Source of the DNA: Camelus ferus | Taxonomy: Eukaryota | Reading direction: 5' to 3' | Assembly: GCF_009834535.1 (NCBI RefSeq) | Contig: NC_045696.1 | Span: 88,910,001 to 88,974,000 of the forward strand | Length of the DNA stretch: 64,000 nt | In this document: piece by piece, positions 1 through 13,290 of the stretch | Numbering within the stretch: position 1 is the first letter of the stretch | How the letters are laid out: each line of letters opens with the position of its first letter | The notes under the pieces: model-generated | Database searches by the model: none | Seen by the model: the letters and a program-made list of their open reading frames with translations, nothing else | What the model was told of the DNA's origin: nothing | Translations under genes and position numbers: made by a program

Positions 1-112
1 CAATTCTGAGTCTTTTATGGTTCCATATACATTTTAGGATTATTTGTTCTAATTCCGTGAAAAATGCCATGGTTAATTTGATAGAAATTGCATTAAATCT
101 GTAGATTGCTCT
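1..112 (-). mobile_element. L1 ORF2 fragment (runs off the window start)
   Basis: Closely similar to the L1 sequence at ~34335-34431. Confidence 0.85.
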
Positions 113-342
113 AAGACATTTCTGGACATCAGCTAACCAGGGGATATTTTCTAAAATCTATGTGGTAGAAATATGGATATATATGTGGTTAGCATGTGAA
201 TTACTTATTTTCCCTGTACTTTCCAAACTTTCTATAATGCATGTAGCCAGGGGGAAAAAACACATCATAAACATTTTGTCATGTATTCACTTATTCATTT
301 ATCCATGTATTCAATTTTTTTTTTTTGAGGAGTAGTAGTAGT

Positions 343-385
343 TGTGTGTGTATGTGTGTGTGTGTGTGTATGTGTGTGTGTGTGT
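343..385. repeat. Interrupted (TG)n microsatellite
   Basis: Read directly. Confidence 0.95.
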
Positions 386-944
386 TTTCTAAAAACCAGG
401 ATGTGATGATGTGTTCTAGGAAATACAGAGCTGGAAGCCTCTAGTTGCCTCAATCTTTTTTGGATGGGGCAGAGTGTAAATAAGGAGTGATCCCTGCCTT
501 CCATGTATCTGCAGACAGATATGCAGAAAAGTACTCAATAAAACAGAATGATGTCAAAGCAAGTGTAATAAGCCTTATGCTATGGAAGTGGAAAAGAAGA
601 AACAATTCATCCTGGGCATGTCAGAAAGATTTCACTGAAAAATACATATTTAAGGTAGATTTTTAAAAGTGATTTGAATTGTAGGGAAGAAAGGGGCTGG
701 AAAGTGCTTTTCAAGTTGAGGAATCAGTTGAAGAAACACATAAAAATATGAACATGCATGGCCCATTTGGAAAAATGGTCACCATCCAGTGAGATAAGAA
801 TACAATGCGCATGGATGCTTATGGGAGCAGGATGCCGAAAGGAATGGACAGATCATATTGCCTGTGGAATGCACTGGAAAGCCACCGAAAGTGTAAAAAG
901 GAAGAAACAAGTTCCATTCATGTTTTAGGAAGACTTCACGTGTA

Positions 945-1140
945 GGCAGTTTGATAACATAAAGATCACAGGCTTTGAAGTTAAACAGACCTAAATTTGA
1001 ATCTTGCCTTATTCTCATTAGCAGTGTCATTGGGGTAAGTCATTTAACGTCTCAATTTCGCTATGTCAGACAAGAGTTGACAAATGAGTGCACTCACCAC
1101 TTGCATGACACGTGGTAGAGGCTAAATAAATGATAGATAT
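945..1140 (+). mobile_element. MIR SINE relic
   Basis: acaggctttgaagttaaacagacctaaatttgaatc...gtaagtcatttaac resembles the MIR core. Confidence 0.7.
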
Positions 1141-1293
1141 TATTCTTTTATTCTTTTGATATGTGGGGGGTGTATTTACAAGGCAGGCTCTTGGATACAT
1201 GAGCTAGTTCAGGGACTGATGTGGATTCTAGGTGAGAGGTGATGAGGGCCCAAAATAAGTAATGACTGTGGGAACAGAAATGAAAAAACAGAA

Positions 1294-1408
1294 GGTATTG
1301 GCATCTAGTGGGCAGAGGCCAAAGGGCCTGGAATGTACAGGACAGCCCTCAACAACAAATAATTATCTGGCCTGAAAGGTCAGTAGTGCCAACAGTTGAG
1401 GACTCTGT
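1294..1408 (+). mobile_element. MER20 (hAT-Charlie) 3' half
   Basis: ggcatctagtgggcagaggcc...acaggacagccc...aattatctggcc matches the recalled MER20 consensus. Confidence 0.75.
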
Positions 1409-2437
1409 ATTAACAGAAAGAGATTAGAGGACACATGTATGACCTGTCTTCAAAAATTTTTTTAAATTATGAAATACTTAAAACATACTTAAAATATAAT
1501 AAACACCCACAAACTTATTGCTAAATTTAGGAGATATTCATAAGATGGCTCTTCTACACCAAGGAAAAAGAGGTGGAGCTGTGAGTCTGCAAAATCCTTG
1601 AGGAACACTCTAGCCCTCTGTGCCTGACAGTCAGTTGTATCTGATGGAGGAACACTTACTTAAATACCTTCAGGTAAAGGTCTTTTGTTCCTCCCTCAAA
1701 GAAATTAAAAATGGAAAGTTTCTGAAGGGAATAATTTATTAAATTAAGAGTAAGAATTTTCTTTTTGGCTCATTAAGCAATGTTAATGAATAACAATAGG
1801 ATAGCACAATATCTAGAGAGGAAAGAACAATTGCAATATGCTATGATGAAAACTTTCAATCAATGGAGCATAACATTTCATGGAGACTTTGCTTAAATGG
1901 ATGAGACAGGAGAACTGTCTAATCTAACAAGCCTCTCAGCTCCATCAAAAGCTGACATTGATGAAAAATTCAGTGTTAGCGTGGGCAGGACCCCACATCT
2001 GTATATTCAACTATGCATATGATTTCTCCTATAAAATGCTACTAGTACAAATGATAATTGACTCCCAATTCTAGTGAACATTAATGCTTATGAGATAAAT
2101 AGAGAAATACAGACAAGACAAGTCAGGCAGGTTTACACACCAGCCAAGGGACTGCTTCTGTAGTCAGGCTGATTCAAATTCACGTCACAGCAAATTTCCA
2201 AGTCACCCTTGGGCAGGTAATATTACAGATATAAAATCTATACATGCCAAGGATCCACTGTACGTCTATTAAACCATAATACCTTCATGGCTCCCTTCTT
2301 AGCCATTATTAGCCTCAAATCTTATTATATTTACATAAATATATATGATTTGCATTTTTAATCCAGAAAGAGCCAGTTACCTCAAGCAGAATTTTGTGAG
2401 GAATATTTTATGTCTCATGCTCATGGAACTATCTAAA

Positions 2438-3040
2438 GCTGTACTGTCCATTACACTAGCCAATAACCACATACAGTTACTGAGTATGTGAAACATGGCC
2501 AGTGTAAATTGAGATATGCTTGAGTGTAAAAAACAGGTGAAATTTTGAAGACTCAGCTAAAAAATAAAAGGAAACTAGCTCATTAATTTTATTAATTGCA
2601 TATTAAAATTATACTATTTTGGATATCTTGGGTTGAATAAAACATGATTAAAACCAATCTCATCTGTTTCTTTTTAGTTTTTAAAAAAAAATTTTTATTG
2701 AAGTATAGTTGATTCACAATGTTGTGTTTGTTTCAGATGTACAGCATAGTGATTCAGTTATACATATATATATGTTCTCTTTCATATTTTTTTCATTATA
2801 GGTTATTACAAAATATTGAATATAGTTCCTTGTGCTGTACTGAAGGACCTTGTTGTTCCTTTTTACTTTTTTTTAAATTTAATGAAAACTTTTTTTATTG
2901 AAGTATAGTCAGTTACAATGTGTCCATTTCTAGTGTACAGCACAATGTCCCAGTCATGCCTTTTTACTTTTTAAATGTATCTTCTAGAAAATGTAAAATT
3001 AACTGTGTGGCCTGCATTATATTTCTATTGGACAGCACTA
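2438..3040 (+). mobile_element. MER33-like hAT element interrupted by two short L1 3'-end fragments
   Basis: Ends ctgtactgtcca... and ...attggacagcact; minus-strand L1 tails at ~2683-2858 and ~2872-2959. Confidence 0.75.
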
Positions 3041-3548
3041 ACGTAGAGCTTAGTCTACATATCTGGCCATTTTTAGGATCAGGTACATTCCAATCCAGAC
3101 ATAATGCTGTTACCATACACACAGTATAAACCAAACTTCAGACACCATTTTTTCAGAGAAATATCTTGAAAGACTACACTGTTAACAAATGACATGTGCT
3201 AGATTACACTGTGCTAGAAATGGAATTGTCCTACTCACGAGAGAGATTTTATTGCGAAGAGTAGCTGCAGCCCTATTTCCTTAAGACAGGAGCTGGTGGA
3301 TTTTAAAAAGTATTGCTTTAAATATGGACATATATGTGACCTCTAGGGGCAGAAGGAACCATTGTAAGGATACTTAAGGGAAAAGTCATACTTGATTAGA
3401 CATTTTTGGTAGGTAGATAATTACATGTAGGAAGAGGAAGCCATAGCATCTACTTTCTCAAAATGCTTTGAACAAATTCCAAGCTGAAAGGTATTAATAA
3501 ATGGGTGGGGAAGGAGGGTGTTAGAAAACCCCTTCAGTGAAGGACAGA

Positions 3549-4103
3549 TGTATTTGTAATCTGTTGCTGCATAACGACATTACTATAAATTTAGTGCCTT
3601 AAAACAACACGCTTTTACTATCTCAGTTTTTGCGAGTTAAGTGTTCAAGTACAGCTTAACTGAGTCCTTGGCAAGAATGCAGTTAAGGTGCTGGCCAGGG
3701 TTGGATTTTCATCTGAAACTTGACTGGGAAAGGATCTGCTTCTACACTTTCATGCTTGTTGGCAGCATCCAGTTCCTTTCAGGATGTCAGACTGAGATCT
3801 TCAATTTCTTGCTAGCTGTTGGCAGGAGGCTGCCCTTGGTTCCTTGCTACGTGGTCCTCTCCTTAAGGAAACTCACAACATGGCAGCTTGCTTCTTTACA
3901 GCCAGGAAGAGAAAGTCTCTCAGCAACACGGATGTTATAAAGTGATCACACCTATGTAACCAAGTACATCCATCACCTTTGCTGTGTTCCATTGACTAGA
4001 AGCAAGTCACAGGTCCCACTTGCTCTAAAAGGAAATAGATTGCACAAGGACATGAATACCAGGAGGCAGAGATCATGGGGCCACCTTAGCGTCTCTCCAA
4101 CAC
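3549..4103 (-). mobile_element. MLT1-family (MaLR) solo LTR
   Basis: tgtatttg...gctgcataac...ttaaaacaacac...ctagaagcaagtcacaggtcc...atgaataccaggaggc pattern. Confidence 0.75.
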
Positions 4104-5374
4104 AATAGGGAACTGGCTTAAGGATAAAAACTAGGGGGAGGTGTCACAGTGGTGCCTACGGGATCTGTTAGCACCATTTCAGTGACTAGTTTTCAAATGA
4201 TCTGGAAGAGAGGAAAAACAACAAATTCTCCAGTTTGCCAATGGAAATAATTTTCTAAATAGTGAGATGTCTTGATGTTGGGAATAAGGAAGGACTGGTC
4301 AGTGGAAATCACAAACAACAAAGGTAGCAGCATCATTGGCAAGTGGCATGGAGACTTAACACCTGAGAACCCTGACACAGAAGCAATCACTAGAATAGTC
4401 TTAGTGGAGTCTACAGCAAGGCAAGGTGCCTCCCCTCAGGAGCAGTCAGGTAGTGCTGTCCAGAGAGGTGAGCAACAGCGGAGGAAAACATGCTGGCCAG
4501 CCCCACAGCCAGACAGCAGTGGGAGCATGGAGAGAGTCTCTTCTCAGAGATTCAAAAAACCTTCCAGTGAAGGGCCAGAGAAGATAGAGAGGCTCTGGTC
4601 ACCTTAAAAGAGAGAGAAAGAGAAAAAAGTGTTTTTTTTCCTCTTAATTCAGGGGTGTTTGACATGGGCAACACTAACGAGGCTGTAGTAAATGGCTATC
4701 GAAGCTCAGAAAAGATAGCCAACTGATTAATTTCTTGCAGACTGAATTAATTTAAAATGTGCTTTAATACCAAAAAACTCATAAACTAAAGCTAACTATA
4801 CCATGTTACATGAGTATGTGCCCTAATTTGTATTCAAGAAACATTGATTAAAAAATAAAAAGAAACATTGCTTGAGCAGTTATTATGCTAGGAAATGTTC
4901 TAGATGCTTGGAATACAATGTGAACAACAGGTGAGGTCTCTGCTCTCATGGGCCTCATAATAGTGGGAAGACAGGCATTGAATGAATGACTACACAAGTA
5001 GCCATATCATTATTACTGGTGACTGTTACAAAGGACAATAGAATGCTTCTGGAAAAATAAAACAGGGGAATCCTAATGTAGCCTGCGGAATCAGGATTGA
5101 AGGAAAAGTGACATTCAAGCTAAGAGCTGAAGGATGGGTTTCCCCTGCAAGAGGTGGAGAAAAGACGGGGCAGCAGAGGAAACAACACGTAAGAAGGCCC
5201 TGGGTGGGAACGGACTGAGGCACACTGAAGGAGGAGGCCGATATGGTTGGGGCATGGTGACCAAGAGCTCAAAATGACAGTAGCAATCATGCAGCACCTG
5301 GACATGAAAGATTTTTAAATTTTATTTAAGAGCAACGAGAAGCCACTGAAAAATCATGTAAGCCAAGAAATGAC

Positions 5375-6435
5375 TACTGTGGTCTGAATGTTTGTGTCCC
5401 TCCTCAAATTCATGTGTTGAATCTTAACCCCCATAGATCATGGTTTAGGACGTAGGGCCCTTGGGAAGTGGTTAGGTCATGAGGGCTGAGCCCACATGAA
5501 TGGAATTAGTGATCTTGTAAAAGAGGCTCCAGAGAGATCTTTAGCCCTTCAACCAAGTGAGGACACAGTGAGAAGTTGCCCATACTAAGTCTGCTGGCTC
5601 CTTAATCTTGGACTTCCCAGCCTCCAGAACCGTGAGCAATGGATTTCTGTTGTTTATAAGCTAACCAGTCTGTGGTATATTTTTTTTTCAATTGGGTATA
5701 GTTGATTTACAATATTGTGTTAATTTCAGGTATACAGCAAAGTCTTTCATATATATATGTATGTGTGTGTGTGTGTATGATATATGTATATTCTTTTTTC
5801 AATTCTTTTCAATTATAGTTTATTACAAGATATTGAATATAGTCCCCTGTGCTATACAGTAAGTCCTTGCTATTTATCCATTTTATATATGGTAGTGTGC
5901 ATCTGTTAATCCCATACTCCCAGTTTATCCCTCCCCCCTTCCCCTTTGGTAAGTTTGTTTTCTATGTCTGTGAGTCTTTTCTATTTTGTAAATAAGTTCA
6001 TTTGTTCTATTTTTTAGATTCTGCATGTAAGTGATATTATGTGATATTTGTCTTTATCTGACTCACTTCACTCAGTATGATAATCTCTAGTTCCATCCAT
6101 GTTGCTGCAAATGGCATTATTTCATTCTTTTTATGGCTGAGTAGTATTCCATTGTATAAATATACCACTACTTCTTTATCCAATCATCTGTCGATGAACA
6201 TTTAGGTTGTTTCCATGTCTTGGCTATTGTAAATAGTGCCACTATGAACACTGAGGTACATGTATCTTTTTGAATTAGAGCTTTCGTCTTTTTCAAATAT
6301 ATGCCCAGGAGTGGGATTGCTGGACTCTATTTTTAGTTTTTAAGGAATCTCCATACTATTTTCCATAGTGGCTACAACAGTTTACATTCCCCAGCCTGTG
6401 GTATTTTATTACAGCAGCACGAGCAGACTAAGACA
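5375..6435 (+). mobile_element. MLT1A LTR split by an L1 3' fragment
   Basis: Begins tactgtggtctgaatgtttgtgtccc, ends cagactaagaca; flanked by aatgac duplicates (5369-5374/6436-6441). Confidence 0.85.
5679..6390 (-). mobile_element. 5'-truncated L1 (3' end)
   Basis: T tail and L1 3' sequence; TSD ccag(t/c)ctgtggtat at 5665-5678 and 6391-6404. Confidence 0.9.
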
Positions 6436-6843
6436 AATGACATAACACAATCTCACTTCAAACTGTCACTCTCACAGCTATTGAGGATTGGATTGGAGAA
6501 GAAGCAAGTGTGAACATAGAGTGGCCAGTGAGGAAGTTTTTACAGTTGTCCAGAGAGATACAACAGTGGCATGGACCAGGGCAAGGACAATGAGATAAAA
6601 AGAAGTGGATAAATTCAAAACATATTTGAAGGTAGAAAGGTCACTTATTGGATGTGAAGTACCCTTCACAGGGAGATGGAATTTTCAAGTATGACAACCA
6701 GGTTTCTGGCATGAGCAGTTGGGAGGCCGAAGTTACCATTTACTGATGAAAGGAACACCTAGATGGGGCATAGATTTGAGGAGAAGTTCAAGAGGCTTCA
6801 GTTAAAAGATGTGAGTTGTTGTCCCTTCTCTTACCAATGGCGG

Positions 6844-6846
<3 letters not shown>

Positions 6847-6918
<72 letters not shown>
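6847..6918. repeat. Perfect (TAA)24 microsatellite
   Basis: 72 nt uninterrupted. Confidence 0.97.
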
Positions 6919-9477
6919 GTGTAGTGATTAGGTAACAATTGAACCACATGATTTTTGCTTTTCAAAATAAAATATGACTTAAGAGTTAGGAGATAGAATA
7001 TTTATATACTGCAGAAGAAGACCACAATGTTTCAGAGCAACCTTTGGACTTTGGTCTACAATTTATTTCTGAATGGAAATGCTAATGACACTATCTTAGG
7101 TTGGCAATATTCCCCAAATCAATTCTAGCAAGTTAGTACCAAGCAAACCAAGTACCTCCAGTTGACCAATCTTATCCTTGCTGATGTAGTAGCTACGAGA
7201 AAGTAAAATCTTTGGAGCTGAGACCAAACAACTCTTTCAGAGTTTGTAGAACACAAAATAAAATTGTGAATGTCCAAGCATTTCTCTTCTGAATATAACA
7301 GAAGGACATTTCTGAACTCTTCTCCAATTACCTGAGGATAGCAGGTGATTGTTTCTCTAATCAAGAATAAAACTTATTCTGCCAACATTATTATAATGTT
7401 TCACTGCCAAAGTGGTGTCCATATTGTGAATGTATCTTCTGTGTTAACATTTCATAAAATTGATTTGTTTGAGTGTGTTTTTCTTTTCCATGTTGGTTGG
7501 TCTCTCAAGTCAAACATTGTGAGGCTGCTAGAAACAGCACTGTGTCTTTTCCAACTTTGAGCCATAGTGGATATTCAATGAATGTTTGCTGGGCAAAGAA
7601 ATGAATATTTATTGTGTGGAATATTAAAAAATGCAGAAATGTGACAAGTGAATTCAGTATAGATAAGTGTTAAGATAAATGCATTTGAAGAAAATAATGC
7701 AGATCACACTAATGAAATATTGGGTTCTGAGCTATCAAAATTCAACCAAAAAATACTCTAGAACATAAACAACTTATTTATGGAAAATATCTATTCTATG
7801 TTCTCTCTAGGATAGCAGCTTAATGCAATGAGCTGTAAGGGGAGTCTGCATTCACCACGATTTTAGGAATGTAGTATTCAGTTATCAAAGACAAACAGAT
7901 ATCGACTGTGAAGACAATTGTTTTTAATGTGAAAATGAATATAATTAGGTTTATAAAAACAGAAAATGGATTTATCTTGTAATTCGTCTACCTCCTTGGA
8001 AATTTCTATCAAAGATAATAATTACTTTAAACAGTCATTCAAAAACTGTGATATTGAAGGAGGAAGAATATTTCATAAAATATAAATTAAAAGGAAATGG
8101 TTTCAAATCTCTGATGAATGTTTCACTTATTACTATTTGTTTCCATAGTTTGATCTCTTTAGCATAGTTAAATTGTAACCTGAGTGGTACCTATTCAGTG
8201 ATCCAAAACAGGGCTTCTAATTTTTATTGTGCAATCATTTATAAACCTTGGATTGTAGCCACTTTACATATAAACAACCCAGTGATGACTCTTAGGAAAC
8301 CAGTGCTATGTGGCTCTTTCCAACAGTGTTAAGTCTAATGCCCAACATGTTGTTTTGGTCTTTAAAGACTGAGATTGTGTTGCAAAAGAAGTAATTCACC
8401 ACCTGCTCATCAACCTTAGCTTCAGAAAGTGTTGTCTTTTTCAGAGGGAAACAAAGGTTGGGGAGCAGATCCAGGAGAAAGATTTGGTTTTTACTGAACA
8501 ACCTCCTAATGTTGAATTTTCTTTATGTATGTTTACCACATGTGTGTATTATCTTACAATAACCATAAACCACAATATTTAGAAGTTAGCTTCATTTAAA
8601 AAAAAAAAAACTACTTATGTACTACTTACAGTTTTTAATCTGCCTTGTGGAGATACTGCTTTCCCCAAAGTTCCATAGAGCTTACTGTTACTCTTACTAT
8701 AAAACTCTCCACTGTATTTTGTAAAAACCAAGCTGAACCTCTACATGGGAACAAGTTAATTCTCTATATTACCGGGATCGTGATACCAGAAATAAACTAG
8801 ACTCTTCAAAATTCAGATCTCTTTTTAATCAAGTACTTTGATCCAACCCAACAACTTTTTGTTAAAACTGCTCACAGGACATAAAATGGGCTGAGATGAA
8901 TTGAGTTAAATTGTCTTTTATTTCTTAACCTCAATCTCAAATGAATGTGCCATAAACAGAGGAAATGCATTAAAAAAAAAAAAAAGCAGAGACTCTGGAC
9001 GAGTCATAAAAAATTCGGTCAGTGGTAAGAAAGGTCTGGCTGGCCGTGTAAGGCACTGAGGTTAAGGTGCTAGGAAACAGAGCAAGCAGAAGTCACCTAG
9101 GGTCCAGGGTCCAAATTCACCCTGGAAATGAGCCCCAGATAAGTTGGCTAATGTTATCTGTGCTCATTGTGGCGCAGTTGTACTGGTAATTTAACTTATT
9201 AAAGAGTAGTGGGCAAAGAGATCTAGGTCACCTCCATTTCCTTTCTTGGTGAGGTAGGCCCATTTAGGGCTGCAGAGTCCAGATCTGAAATTATTATGGA
9301 GAAGTCCAAATCAGAATCTAGGACTTCTATGTTCATCAAAATCTGATTAAAAAATTTTTTTTCTCCTTCTGCTCTATTTTGGCTCAAAGAAAAGAAACAA
9401 GTTATGGAGAACTTAAATGTTTTGCTCTCCAAGCCATCTTTTTTCCTTTAAGACTTTTCAATATTCATTTAACCTAA

Positions 9478-9862
9478 TTTTTTTTTTAATTGACATACAG
9501 TCAGTTACAATGTGTTAATTTCTGGTGTATAGCCTAATGTCTCAGTCATGTATATACATACATATATTTGTTTTCATATTCTTTTTCATTAAAGGTTATT
9601 ACAAGATATTGAATATAGTTCCCTGTGCTATACAGAAGAAATTTGTTTTTTTTTAAATCTATTTTCATATATAGTGGTTAACATTTGGAAATCTCAAGTT
9701 CCCAAATTTATCCCTTTCCACCTTCTTTCCCCCGGTAACCATAAGATTGTTTACTATGTCTGCGAGTCAGTTTCTGTTTTGTAGATGAGTTCATTAGTGT
9801 CCTCTTTTTTCCTTTTCTTTTCTTTTTTTTTTTTTTTTGAGATTCCACATATGAGTGATTTC
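9478..9862 (-). mobile_element. L1 3'UTR fragment
   Basis: T tail followed by the same L1 tail sequence seen at 5679, 18185, 31545 and 32755. Confidence 0.85.
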
Positions 9863-10762
9863 ATATTAACCTGATGTTCTTGTGCAAAAAATTTTAGGGG
9901 TAGGAAAGTTTTCCAGGATGATCTATACTAGAATACAAAGCCTCTGCACATAGTCCAAGTATCTCTCCAATTAGCCTGAATATTTCATATTTGTGGTTTT
10001 CAACCAGGGTGGGACAGGCTTGACTTGTGTACTATAGCTGGAAAATATACCACAGTGATTTGAATGTATCGAATCTGTACCTATCCAACTCCAGTGTACA
10101 CATTCACACATGTGCATACACATCAGGGTCTATGTCAGTGTATCTCAGATTTTTACCTCATTCCATTAAAGTGCCAACTCACAGTGGAACAACTCATTCA
10201 CCAACTGTACAGATTTTATCAAGCTAATTTTCTTGGGTTGTATTAGGAAAACAATAGTCATATTCAATACACTTTTTAAAATTACACATGCTCTCCCACC
10301 CTGAGAATAATTGTTCTAAGTTTACCATTCAATTCTTCTGCTAACTGCACCCTTTTCTTAAGCATATTCTTCACACCTTTACAATGGCAAAATTCTAAAT
10401 TCATAATAATGCAATGTGACATTACAAAGGATTGCTCTAATAAATTTTGGGTGAGTTTTTATCTAAGTATACTGTCTCCATAATATATTGTGACATATGC
10501 TGCCACTTGTTAAATTCACTTTATGGTCTTGGCTTCCACAAAAATTTTACTCACTTTTCACAAAATCCCATTTGATATAGTAAGGTACCACAGACTGTAG
10601 ATTGAACCTATGGGGCCTGAGATTTAAATTATAATTTTCTACTGAATCAGTCACAAAATTATGAAATAAAAATTTCAGACTTTATTTAAAATAATCATCT
10701 TTATTAAAATCACCCAACAATATTTATCATTTTAAAATATTTTAAAGCCACTTTGGAAAGTA

Positions 10763-10989
10763 TAGTTGGCCCTCGAGTAACGCTGGAGTTAGGAGTGGCA
10801 ACCTTCCACAAAGTCAAAAATCTGCGTATAGTCAGCCCTTCATTTAATTGGTTCCTCTGTATCCTCAGTCTTATACTCTCCGACTGAACCAACGCTGGAT
10901 GGTATATTATTGTGGTATTTACTATTGAAAAAAATCCATGTGTAAGTGGACCCAAGCAGTTCAAACACATGTTGTTCAAGGGTCCACTG
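10763..10989 (-). mobile_element. MER8/Tigger2-derived MITE (TcMar)
   Basis: Termini tagttggccctcgagtaac / gttgttcaagggtccactg, flanked by TA on both sides. Confidence 0.8.
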
Positions 10990-11199
10990 TAAAGAAATGT
11001 AACACCTTAACTAATAAATCTGGAGGCAGCTTGCCAGGGGAGGCCTGTGATGTGGTCCTCACTGCAGGGACCTTGGGGCCAGGCTCTAGAGTGGGACCCT
11101 AAACTCTGCTACTTCAGTTTCTAATTTTTTTCTTGAGTTCTGTTACCTCCTTTTTGAATTCTAATTTATTTTGCTTTTTGTTTCCTATATATTTTTCTT

Positions 11200-11373
11200 T
11201 TTAAATTTTTTTGTTTTTTAACATTTTTTAAATGTTTTATTTATTTTCGGTGGGGGAGAGGTAATTAGGTTTATTAATTTTTACTTATTTTAATGGCAGT
11301 ACTAGGGATTTAACCCAGGACCCTGGGCATGCTAAGCAAGCACTCTACCACTGAGCTATACCCTCCCCCGCTC
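11200..11373 (-). mobile_element. tRNA-Ala-derived SINE (Vic-1-like)
   Basis: Reverse complement reads ggggagggtatagctcagtggtagag...; TSD atatatttttctt at 11187-11199 and 11374-11386. Confidence 0.9.
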
Positions 11374-11424
11374 ATATATTTTTCTTAATGTATTGTACCT
11401 CATTTTGAAATAATATAGTACCTC

Positions 11425-11504
11425 AGATGTTTGGTGTTCATTCTCCTATATAATCAGAGTGTCCAGGAAAATTGATTATATAGGAGAATGAACACCAAAC
11501 ATCT
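11425..11504. repeat. Perfect 32-bp inverted repeat with a 16-nt spacer
   Basis: agatgtttggtgttcattctcctatataatca (11425-11456) is the exact reverse complement of 11473-11504. Confidence 0.97.
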
Positions 11505-11695
11505 TAGGTGGAGAGACATCATGCCTGTAACTTTCTCTCAAAGAGTTCAGGAAAAGAGAGGATGTGAAAGTGAATGTGGTAAGTTTTTAACATTTGGGGA
11601 CTCTGGGTGAAGGGTATATGGGAATTTTTTGTACTATTCTCTTACAATTTAGTGAAAGTCTGAAATTGTTCCAAAAATTTTAAAAAGATTTTTAA
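11470..11695 (+). mobile_element. Old L1M 3'UTR fragment
   Basis: ctgggtgaagggtatatgggaattttttgtactattct...aagtctgaaatt is typical of L1MC/L1ME tails. Confidence 0.65.
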
Positions 11696-11820
11696 AAGTT
11701 GGGAGATTAAAAGTAGAAAAACAGTAAGATTAATGTCACTAAGGGTCTCTTTGAGCACCTGCAGTATCCCTGAATATTACACATGGAAAGCAAAAATCTT
11801 GTTTTAAAAGAAAAATTGGG

Positions 11821-12363
<543 letters not shown>

Positions 12364-13115
12364 AAAGAAAAGTTGGGGGCTTAGAATGTCTCAGATTCTG
12401 GCAAGGAATGCCAGTGCAAAAACACTCCCTAGAAAGTATTTACATTGATTCACACTGATATTGAGTCAATAAACTGCCATTCCATATTAGCAGAATCCAT
12501 GAAAACTAATGAGCTAATAACTCAGGCTAAGGCCATTAGAAGCAGCAGGCACTGTCATATTGACAGAGATGAAGTTGAATTATTGTACTCGGTTAACATG
12601 TGGGGCAACAATGATGCTTGTAATCTGTTGATGGGATTTAGATTGGTATAATCTGGTATAATCTTTTTAAGGAGCAGTCAGGTAGTATATATCACATTTT
12701 GGATGTTCATACCCTAACAGCAATTTTACTTCTAGAAATTTATCCTAAAAAATAGTGGGGCAAGTAAACAAAGATGTATATTGAAGGATGTTCACCCTGT
12801 CACAGCAAAGAACAGGGGACATTATGTGCCCATCAGTAGGAGATAATATAAAGAACGGTTTATCCACACAAGAGAATATTCTTCAGCCATTACAAAGTAT
12901 GGGATAAATGACAAAGAGCAATATCCCGAATATATTCAATAAAAAGTAGGTTACAGAATAGCATGCATAGTATGATCCTGAATATATTTGCATTATGTAT
13001 TTACATTTAAAATAGAAATAATATATCGGCATTTATTTTTAAAGATTGAAAAAAACACATGCCAAAAAGAATTTGGGGTAGGTAGATAGTTAAGGAGAAT
13101 ATATATTGCATTATC

Positions 13116-13290
13116 GATGGCAGACTACATAATTTGCAAGGCCCAGTGCAACATGAAAATGGGGAGCCCCTCGATAAAAAATTAAGAACTTCAAGATAGT
13201 GACAGCAGAACATTAAGCCAAGAGTGGGGCTCTTCTAAGTGCAGGGTCCTGTGTTACTGTATAGATTGCATGTCCATGAAGTTGGCCCAA
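13116..13290 (-). mobile_element. MER45A-like hAT element
   Basis: ctacataatttgcaaggcccagtgcaacatgaaaatg...ccatgaagttggccc matches the recalled consensus in reverse. Confidence 0.8.

Larger units (their letters stand above)
4860..6815 (-). mobile_element. L2 relic interrupted by an MLT1A LTR
   Basis: L2-type motifs on both sides of the LTR (gagaagccactg...; ccaggtttctggcatgagcagttggga...ccatttactga). Confidence 0.65.
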
